Virus record (IMG/VR): IMGVR_UViG_3300034082_002584
Length of the DNA: 64,000 bases
Direction: 5' to 3' (one strand)
Source: an uncultured virus (IMG/VR IMGVR_UViG_3300034082_002584)
Taxonomy: Duplodnaviria; Heunggongvirae; Uroviricota; Caudoviricetes
The translations under genes were made by a program, and so were the position numbers. The first letter of the stretch is position 1, and every line of letters starts with the position of its first letter. The notes under the pieces were generated by a model. It was not told the origin of the DNA. It worked only from the letters and a program-made list of their open reading frames with translations, and did no database searches. Of this stretch, positions 57,266-64,000 are shown piece after piece.

Positions 57266-58915
57266 ATGAAAATATTAGGAAAAATAACGTTGGCGGTTGC
57301 ACTAAGCATTAGTGTTGTTGCCGCATATTATAGTATTGCTGGCTTAACTGCAATATTTGCCTCTGCCGCTATATCGGTAATAATAATGGGAACTGTTTTA
57401 GAAATTGCAAAAATAACTACAGCAGTATGGCTTCATATAAACTGGAATAATACTCCATTTTTAATGAAAACATATTTAACAACTGCTACAATAGTTCTTA
57501 TGTTTATTACGAGCATGGGCATTTTCGGATTTCTAAGTAAAGCTCACGTAGAACAAACTGCAATATCTCTAGAAAGCGTGGCAACTCTTGAACAAATTGA
57601 TAAAAAAATATTTGATCAAGAAGAAGCAATAAAGACAGGTCTTTCAGAAATAGAAGCACTTTCAAATACTAAAGGAGTTGCTGTAGATAATATTCAAAAA
57701 CAAATTGATGAAGAACAAAAAAATATTGATAAGATAGTAGCCAGAATACAACCGTCTATAGATGAGCAAAATTCTATTATTCAAAAAATAGAAATGTTTA
57801 ATCAAGATAGATTGAGCAAAATAGATTCAGAGATTGAAAAAGTTACTACCGAGTTGGAACAGTTAAAAATAGAACAAAAGAATTTGTCAGGAAACCAACC
57901 TAATCAAACAGATAAAACTATTATCATTGAAAAAAATGCAAAATTAGCAAGTTTGAAAAAGAGTTTGATAGAAATAGATAATTTATTATCTAACCAATCA
58001 AAACAAAATATAAAAACTCTACAATCTATAATAGGCGTAAACGTAGATGGTATTAATGGTACAGAAACTCGTGCCACTATTCAGTCTTATCGAAATAATT
58101 TAATTTCCGAAATATCAACTGCTGAAGAAGAAATAAAAGTTATATCGGAAACTGACTCAACCAATAAAAAAGAACGAGAAGATTTCTTAACAAAAAGAAA
58201 TCTAGAATTATTATCATCAATAAAAGCATTAGAAGAAAAATTACAAGTTCTACAGACAGAAAGAACTACACTGTTAAATTCTACTGACCCCAGAATTATA
58301 GAAGCACAGAAAAAAATTGAAAATATCAGATTAACAGTTGACGATCAATTAAAACAAAGTAATGCTCTTATACAGTCATTGCGGGATGAATTGGTAAAAG
58401 CTTCAAATATTTCAGTAGAAGATTCTATATTAACTCAAAGAAAAAATATAGAATCTTCTAGAGAGGTGATTTCTAACTTGACAAGTGAAAAATTTAGTGT
58501 AGAATCAGAGTTAAGAAAATTAGAAGCAGAAGTTGGCCCAGTAAAATATATTGCAGAAATGGCATATGGAGTTGATGCTAATAAAAATGCATTAGAAACT
58601 GCGGTAAGATGGGTAATTTTACTATTGGTATTTGTGTTTGATCCATTGGCGGTAGTATTAGTTCTTGCAGGAATAAGAACACTAGAACAATCAAATTTGA
58701 TTGATAAAACTAAACCAACTCTTACAGAGGAAAATATTAATACCAAACCTTATGTTAAGCGTAAGTATGTTTCTAAGAAAAAAACAGAACCTATTGTGGA
58801 GAAAGAAACGCAGCTAGAAATGGCTTTTCAACCAATAGAAAAATATACAAAGAAATCAAATCCTACAAAAAAGCAATCACGCCCACCAGTTTTAATTCAA
58901 AAACCAAAACAATAA
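57266..58915 (+). CDS. membrane-anchored long coiled-coil protein with embedded peptidoglycan-binding-like motif
   Basis: about 3 N-terminal TMs; coiled coil; LQSIIGVNVDGINGTETRATI; C-terminal TM with FDPLAV. Confidence 0.7.
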   Translation: MKILGKITLAVALSISVVAAYYSIAGLTAIFASAAISVIIMGTVLEIAKITTAVWLHINWNNTPFLMKTYLTTATIVLMFITSMGIFGFLSKAHVEQTAISLESVATLEQIDKKIFDQEEAIKTGLSEIEALSNTKGVAVDNIQKQIDEEQKNIDKIVARIQPSIDEQNSIIQKIEMFNQDRLSKIDSEIEKVTTELEQLKIEQKNLSGNQPNQTDKTIIIEKNAKLASLKKSLIEIDNLLSNQSKQNIKTLQSIIGVNVDGINGTETRATIQSYRNNLISEISTAEEEIKVISETDSTNKKEREDFLTKRNLELLSSIKALEEKLQVLQTERTTLLNSTDPRIIEAQKKIENIRLTVDDQLKQSNALIQSLRDELVKASNISVEDSILTQRKNIESSREVISNLTSEKFSVESELRKLEAEVGPVKYIAEMAYGVDANKNALETAVRWVILLLVFVFDPLAVVLVLAGIRTLEQSNLIDKTKPTLTEENINTKPYVKRKYVSKKKTEPIVEKETQLEMAFQPIEKYTKKSNPTKKQSRPPVLIQKPKQ

Positions 58916-58927
58916 AAGGAAATATAA

Positions 58928-59395
58928 ATGCAAAACGAAAATAGTGTATTCACTGTTACATATCCTAGCTTATATCTTACAGGATTGGATAATATAAGTG
59001 TATTATTCTTAGGAATGGATGAAAGTCAATTAGAAAAAATCCATGCGGTATTTGAACAATCATATTATGAAAATGAAATAGTATTTTATGTAACTGAAAA
59101 ATCATTAGATGATGAAACAATTGCATGGGCTAACCTCATTGCACCAACCGTAAATTTTTTGGTTGTAAATACTGATAATCTAAATAGTGTTGAGGCTACT
59201 TTGGCATTTGCTATAGAAGAATATGCAAAAAATCCAAAAGTGATATACATGTCATTTAATCATGCTCAAAATGCATTATCAAAACTTATTAGCCATCTAG
59301 GAACACCTGTTATAAAAACTATGGAAGAATTTGCCGAATTGATTTCATATGTTTCTGAATCAGATGAACTATCAGGTGGCAAAGACGAAGAATAA
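58928..59395 (+). CDS. hypothetical protein
   Basis: AAGGA RBS; 155 aa. Confidence 0.7.
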   Translation: MQNENSVFTVTYPSLYLTGLDNISVLFLGMDESQLEKIHAVFEQSYYENEIVFYVTEKSLDDETIAWANLIAPTVNFLVVNTDNLNSVEATLAFAIEEYAKNPKVIYMSFNHAQNALSKLISHLGTPVIKTMEEFAELISYVSESDELSGGKDEE

Positions 59396-59447
59396 AATAC
59401 AAAATAGAGAATTTATTATTCTATTTTTAAGTCATTAGGAGTTACAC

Positions 59448-59750
59448 ATGGCAGAAATAAAAACAAAAAGAAAAACAAAAACAAAAATAAACATAGCCGA
59501 ACCAAAAAAATGGAATGTAGTATTTTATAATGACGACAAAACTCCTATGGATTTTGTGATTGCTGTTTTGGAAGAAGTTTTTCATTACAATAATGAGAAA
59601 GCAATGGAAATGACCCTGCGTATTCATGAAACTAATTCACAAATAGTTGCTACTTATAATTATGAAATTGCAGAACAAAAAACTTCTGAAACTCTTATGC
59701 TGGCTAGAAATTTTAACTTCCCATTTAGAGTAGAATTAATTCAAGAATAA
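59448..59750 (+). CDS. clpS: Clp protease adaptor ClpS
   Basis: VVFYNDDKTPMDFV...IH...YEIAEQK...FP. Confidence 0.9.
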   Translation: MAEIKTKRKTKTKINIAEPKKWNVVFYNDDKTPMDFVIAVLEEVFHYNNEKAMEMTLRIHETNSQIVATYNYEIAEQKTSETLMLARNFNFPFRVELIQE

Positions 59751-59858
59751 TTAATTCTGCGTTGCAGAAAATGCATACCGACATTGCTGCAACTGCATTG
59801 GTATATTGCTACAAACCATGATATATACTTATGCATAGAATAAAAATGGAGAGTACGA

Positions 59859-60014
59859 ATGAAATTTTTTAATTTGTTTAAAAAAGAGCCACGCATAAAA
59901 GACGAAGACTTGCTAAGAGTAGCAAAAATCGAATATAAAAAAGATTATATGGTTGCATATAACTGGATGAAGTTAAACCCCGGAAAAAATCCAGAAATGG
60001 GAGAATTTAGATAA
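59859..60014 (+). CDS. small protein (51 aa, DLLRVAKIEY)
   Basis: read manually; GGAG RBS; TAATG overlap with the next gene. Confidence 0.65.
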   Translation: MKFFNLFKKEPRIKDEDLLRVAKIEYKKDYMVAYNWMKLNPGKNPEMGEFR

Positions 60015-60205
60015 TGAAAAATATTATTACCTCTTTTATTAACTATATAAATGATTTAAAAAAGTCAGATGAACAAAAATATCTAGAAAACTCAATGGAT
60101 GCCGTAGACTTAGAATATCGCCAAAAAAATATCATGAATGGAACTGCTCCATACCAACAGTATTACAATCATACAAAAAATTATCTATCAGATAATAGAT
60201 ATTGA
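60014..60205 (+). CDS. DUF3563-like small protein
   Basis: KYLENSMDAVDLEYRQK. Confidence 0.6.
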   Translation: MKNIITSFINYINDLKKSDEQKYLENSMDAVDLEYRQKNIMNGTAPYQQYYNHTKNYLSDNRY

Positions 60206-60252
60206 TTTTTTTATTATTATGTGATACTATATGATTCTATTAGGAGAAAAGT

Positions 60253-60429
60253 ATGTCATCACAAGATTATACAAATATAAAAACGTCTGATAGAATATCA
60301 GAACTAGAAAAAAATGTAGAGTTGTTACAAAGAAACGTTTTTGACTTGCAACATCAACTACAAAATGCTTATATCAGGATAGACACGTTAACCAAAGATA
60401 TGGCAAGCACACATGATTCGGATTCATAA
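60253..60429 (+). CDS. small coiled-coil protein (58 aa)
   Basis: read manually; AGGAG RBS. Confidence 0.6.
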   Translation: MSSQDYTNIKTSDRISELEKNVELLQRNVFDLQHQLQNAYIRIDTLTKDMASTHDSDS

Positions 60430-61024
60430 CCCAGTTGGAACTAAACTTCCTCGCAACATTATGGTTGCATGTAGTGGCGGTGCGGATAGCATCGCCATTA
60501 CTCATTTTCTTGCAATAAAACATGATGTCACCGTTGCATACTTTAATCATGGAAATGAATTTGATGCTATGAGCGAAGAATGGGTTTATGATTGGTGTAA
60601 AAACAATTCAATTAAGTTTATAACTGCAAAAATTACACGAGAAAAAAGCAAAAACGAAAGTAACGAAGAATACTGGAGAAATGAAAGATATGAATGGTTT
60701 CATTCGTTGAATAATATTATTGTGACTGCACATCATCTTGATGATTGTATTGAAACATGGATTTGGTCTAGTCTTAACGGCGAAGCTAAGATTATTCCAT
60801 ATAGCAATAGAAATGTTATTCGTCCATTCAGAACCAATAAAAAACAAGAACTGGTAGAATGGTGTAATCGACATAATGTGGAGTATTTGACTGATCCTTC
60901 TAACCAAGACACAAAATATATGCGTAACTATATTAGAAATAATATGATGGATCATGTCCTTCATGTTAATCCGGGAATTTCAAAAGTAATTCGCAAGAAA
61001 ATTATCGAACTATTGAATTTCTAA
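60413..61024 (+). CDS. tilS: tRNA(Ile)-lysidine synthetase, catalytic domain only
   Basis: SGGADS PP-loop, RNERY, TAHHLDDCIET, IRP, DPSN and RNYIR motifs. Confidence 0.85.
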   Translation: MIRIHNPVGTKLPRNIMVACSGGADSIAITHFLAIKHDVTVAYFNHGNEFDAMSEEWVYDWCKNNSIKFITAKITREKSKNESNEEYWRNERYEWFHSLNNIIVTAHHLDDCIETWIWSSLNGEAKIIPYSNRNVIRPFRTNKKQELVEWCNRHNVEYLTDPSNQDTKYMRNYIRNNMMDHVLHVNPGISKVIRKKIIELLNF

Positions 61025-61049
61025 AATAAATAAATATAAAGGATTTCAT

Positions 61050-61631
61050 ATGGCACATTATGTATTTTTGCATGGAGCAAACTCAAGTAGTAATAGTTTC
61101 AATTATATTATTTCACAACTACAATTAAATAAAAAAGACTTCACTATGATTGATTATAAAAGTTCGGACGGATTTTACTTCAATCTAGAAAATATGATGA
61201 ACAAATTATCAAATAAAAATAAATTGTTTATGGTAGGACATAGCTTAGGAGGAATATATGCATTGCATTTATCAAAACTAGTTGACGTAATTGGAGGAAT
61301 AACCATTGGAACCCCATTTTCAGGAAGTTCATTAGCTGATTGGGCAAGATTTATGATCCCAAATTATCAATTGTTTCGTGATGTTGGTAGAAATAGTCAC
61401 CCAATTATAATGGGAAAAAAAATTAATATAAATGTTCCATGGACACAATTAATTAGCACCAAAGGGCGAGTTCCATGGATGCTTGCAGATAATGATGGTG
61501 TAGTGACTATCAGAAGTCAAAAATCTCGAAACGATATGACACATATAGAATTACCATATAATCATTATGAAATAATGTGTGCCCAAGAAACCCCAAAATT
61601 AATATACCAAGAACACAAAAAAATCTCTTGA
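61050..61631 (+). CDS. alpha/beta hydrolase (lipase/esterase-like)
   Basis: FLHG, GHSLGG, GTPFSGS, NDGVV and NHYE motifs. Confidence 0.85.
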   Translation: MAHYVFLHGANSSSNSFNYIISQLQLNKKDFTMIDYKSSDGFYFNLENMMNKLSNKNKLFMVGHSLGGIYALHLSKLVDVIGGITIGTPFSGSSLADWARFMIPNYQLFRDVGRNSHPIIMGKKININVPWTQLISTKGRVPWMLADNDGVVTIRSQKSRNDMTHIELPYNHYEIMCAQETPKLIYQEHKKIS

Positions 61632-61656
61632 CATAACGCACCGAATCAAGTATTGT
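61628..61656 (+). promoter_or_regulatory. sigma70-like promoter with GANTC
   Basis: TTGACA-taacgcacCGAATCAag-TATTGT, 17-bp spacer. Confidence 0.75.
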
Positions 61657-61687
61657 ATAGGTGTGGCTAATCTGAAAAGGAAATAAA

Positions 61688-61867
61688 ATGGAATATGCTT
61701 CACTTGTTGCCGTATGTCTTGTACTCCCTATTGTGGCTCTGTTGCTTTATTCAATTTTTCGACTTTTTAAAAATAGCAATGGCAACAGTTATTCATACGA
61801 AGAAACTATCGACGAAAATGGTAATACGATTACTAAAGTGATTGACAACAATCCCGAATCAACGTAA
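61688..61867 (+). CDS. small single-TM protein (59 aa)
   Basis: read manually; AAGGA RBS; N-terminal hydrophobic helix. Confidence 0.6.
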   Translation: MEYASLVAVCLVLPIVALLLYSIFRLFKNSNGNSYSYEETIDENGNTITKVIDNNPEST

Positions 61868-61870
61868 GTT
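61842..61870 (+). promoter_or_regulatory. sigma70-like promoter with GANTC
   Basis: TTGACA-acaatccCGAATCAacg-TAAGTT, 17-bp spacer. Confidence 0.7.
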
Positions 61871-61916
61871 TGTCAAACTACAACAACACAACCAACAACC
61901 TATCAGGAGAACATGA

Positions 61917-63362
61917 ATGTTCAGTCTTTTTATCGCAATGTTCTTGCTTATTGTAGCAGGAATTGCATCTATCCTTATGCGAGTCAATCACCTTCTTCCA
62001 TTTCGCAAATATGTGATCATGGGGTCAGTGACTCTTGCTGCAATTTTCGTCATTTCGTCAACATATTACACAACCGATGCTGGTCACAATTATGTTGTCG
62101 AAAATACTCTTTTTGGAACAATCGACGTTTATACAGAACCTGGTCTGCATTTTATGATCCCCGGCTTCACTCGAATTACTTCCTATAAACAAGCCGCAAC
62201 AATCAATTTCACCAATAATGAAATGACCAATCCTAACGAATTTACTCGTTCAGAATCGGCAGTTTCTATTGCATTTGCCGACACCTATACTGCAGATATT
62301 CCAGCAACTTTTCGTTTTAGGTTGCCAATTGACTCGACACAGATGATCAAACTTCACAAAGAATTTCGTAGTTTCGACAATCTTGTTGGTGCAGTCCTTA
62401 CCAAAAGTGCAATCGACGTTATCGTTATTACGGGAACACAATACACTGGTGAAGAATTTTTCCAAGGTGGGGTAAACTCTTATAAAGTTCAACTTGTCGA
62501 TCAGCTTCAAAATGGTATCTATCAAACTCGTCGTGAGCAAGTTTTGGTAGAAGAAACAGAAGTTGCGGCAGTTAGTTCGTCAAATTCGAATGCAAACCTG
62601 TTGGAACAAACAACTCGCAAAGTCTGGAAAAACGTTATCTTGACTGATGCAAATGGACAAGCTTTGCGGCTTGGAACACCACTTGGTCAATATGGGATTG
62701 AAGCAACTCAAGTCACTATCGGTAATCCAATTCCAAGCGAAAAGCTGGACGGATTGCTTGAAAATAAACGTAATCTTGTTGCAAAACGTATCTCTGCTAT
62801 CGAACAATTGCAAACCGCAGAAGCAGAAGCACAAGCTGTTCAGCAAGAAGGCGAAATTGAAAAGCGGCGTCAAATTCAAGTTGCACAACGTGAAAAAGAA
62901 GTTGCAATTATTCAACGTCAACGTGAAGTTGAAGCAGAAAAGCAAATTGCAGAAAAAGAAACTGTTATTCGTGAAAAAGAGCGTGAACTTGCTGTGATCG
63001 ACAAGCAAAAAGAACTTGAAGTTGCAGAAGCAAACCGTGATATCCAAAAAGCTGCCGCAGAAGCTGCTGTATTCGAAGCAACCGCTATCCGTGAAAAGGG
63101 TCTTGCAGAAGCTGAAGTTGACAGTGCAAAATTGGCTGCAAAACAAGTTGCTAAAGATATTTATATGGCAGAAATTCAGCGTGACATTGCCAAAATTATG
63201 TATCCTGCTCTTGCTAACGTGAAGATCACTATGCCACAATTCTATTCGGCTGGTGGTTCTGGTGATGCTGCTCCTACTTCTCTTGATGTGTTTACTACTC
63301 TTGGTGCACAAAAACTTCTTGAAGAACGTGCAGCACAAACGGAAGCAGTTCCAGTACAATAA
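61917..63362 (+). CDS. SPFH/band-7 (flotillin-like) membrane protein
   Basis: two N-terminal TMs; PGLHF..P; long AE/QK-rich coiled coil. Confidence 0.8.
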   Translation: MFSLFIAMFLLIVAGIASILMRVNHLLPFRKYVIMGSVTLAAIFVISSTYYTTDAGHNYVVENTLFGTIDVYTEPGLHFMIPGFTRITSYKQAATINFTNNEMTNPNEFTRSESAVSIAFADTYTADIPATFRFRLPIDSTQMIKLHKEFRSFDNLVGAVLTKSAIDVIVITGTQYTGEEFFQGGVNSYKVQLVDQLQNGIYQTRREQVLVEETEVAAVSSSNSNANLLEQTTRKVWKNVILTDANGQALRLGTPLGQYGIEATQVTIGNPIPSEKLDGLLENKRNLVAKRISAIEQLQTAEAEAQAVQQEGEIEKRRQIQVAQREKEVAIIQRQREVEAEKQIAEKETVIREKERELAVIDKQKELEVAEANRDIQKAAAEAAVFEATAIREKGLAEAEVDSAKLAAKQVAKDIYMAEIQRDIAKIMYPALANVKITMPQFYSAGGSGDAAPTSLDVFTTLGAQKLLEERAAQTEAVPVQ

Positions 63363-63367
63363 CAAAC

Positions 63368-63392
63368 AAAGGCGGGGAAACCCGCCTTTTTT
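63368..63392 (+). terminator. intrinsic terminator
   Basis: AAAGGCGGG-gaaa-CCCGCCTTTTTT. Confidence 0.8.
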
Positions 63393-63448
63393 CTTGACTC
63401 TTGTTGCAGCAAAAAGTATACTAACTATAGAATAAAAGGAATCACATC

Positions 63449-63910
63449 ATGACGAACATAAAAGGCGAAATGCTGTCAAAGGCGATCCATATTGCCACGA
63501 ATGCTCATCATCTGCAATTTGACAAAGGCGGAAAGCCCTATATCCTCCACTGCTTTAGGGTCATGAATTATCTGGGTACAGACGATGAAGAACTACAATG
63601 CATGGCATTGCTGCATGATGTTGCCGAAGATACCAAAATATCTTTTAAAGAAATGAAAAATGCTGGAATGTCGGATAGAGTCATTGCTGGAATTCGTCTT
63701 GTGACCAAGATGCAAGGCCAAACCTTCGAAGAATATAAAGAACTTGTTATGTCTACAGTTGATTCGATGAAAGTCAAGAAAGCTGATCTTACTGACAATT
63801 CTGATATTCGTCGCCTCAAAGGCATCAGTGAGAAAGACATTGAACGCACCGTGAAGTATCAACGCTTCTATTGGGAAATTGAAGCAAAACTGAAAGAAAT
63901 GGCAGAATAA
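63449..63910 (+). CDS. HD-domain (p)ppGpp hydrolase-like protein (small alarmone hydrolase family)
   Basis: AH..Q.DK.G.PYILH, LLHDVAEDT and VKKADLTDN motifs. Confidence 0.8.
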   Translation: MTNIKGEMLSKAIHIATNAHHLQFDKGGKPYILHCFRVMNYLGTDDEELQCMALLHDVAEDTKISFKEMKNAGMSDRVIAGIRLVTKMQGQTFEEYKELVMSTVDSMKVKKADLTDNSDIRRLKGISEKDIERTVKYQRFYWEIEAKLKEMAE

Positions 63911-64000
63911 TCATGCATATGACATTAATTATAATGATGTGGCTTATAAGTATAGTTGGATATTTTGTAGCAAAAACCAATAAAACAACTACGTTGTTTT

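Noticed and set aside
62580..63365. 261-aa minus-strand ORF
   Set aside because: F/C/L-rich antisense reading of the SPFH coiled coil
1..64000. Stop-codon reassignment
   Set aside because: Core genes are full length under the standard bacterial code, TAG and TGA both end some genes, and no suppressor tRNA is seen

Overview
This is a 64-kb segment of a large, AT-rich tailed (myovirus-like, probably jumbo) bacteriophage genome. The host is probably an alphaproteobacterium, inferred from GANTC-bearing promoters and a plcP/agt-like gene pair. The left arm (1-23,600) is mostly minus-strand accessory DNA. It holds short early genes with sigma70-type promoters and repeated leaders and terminators, two tandem families of small paralogues, a late cluster of probable head-packaged enzymes, GIY-YIG and HNH nucleases, a metallophosphoesterase + glycosyltransferase pair, two tRNAs (CAT and TAA anticodons), two ORF-free structured regions (about 5785-6190 and 22350-22705) and an origin-like inverted repeat. 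The right arm (23,763-64,000) is a plus-strand T4-superfamily core: tail tube, head completion nuclease, terminase, gp32-like SSB, UvsX/UvsY/UvsW, a clamp-loader-like subunit, a miniature DnaE-like protein, primase, helicase, a nucleotidyltransferase, an exonuclease, ribonucleotide reductase, glutaredoxin, PAAR, tail lysozyme, SleB hydrolase, ClpS, TilS, an SPFH protein and an HD hydrolase. The most notable signals are: (1) 12 TTGAC promoters carrying the CcrM/GcrA-type site TGATTCG or a close variant; (2) two candidate large structured ncRNAs; (3) a phage TilS with a matching tRNA-Ile2-like gene; (4) a late-promoter plcP-agt-like lipid-remodelling operon; (5) two expanded families of unknown small proteins. 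All functional calls come from motif recognition by eye; no database searches were run.
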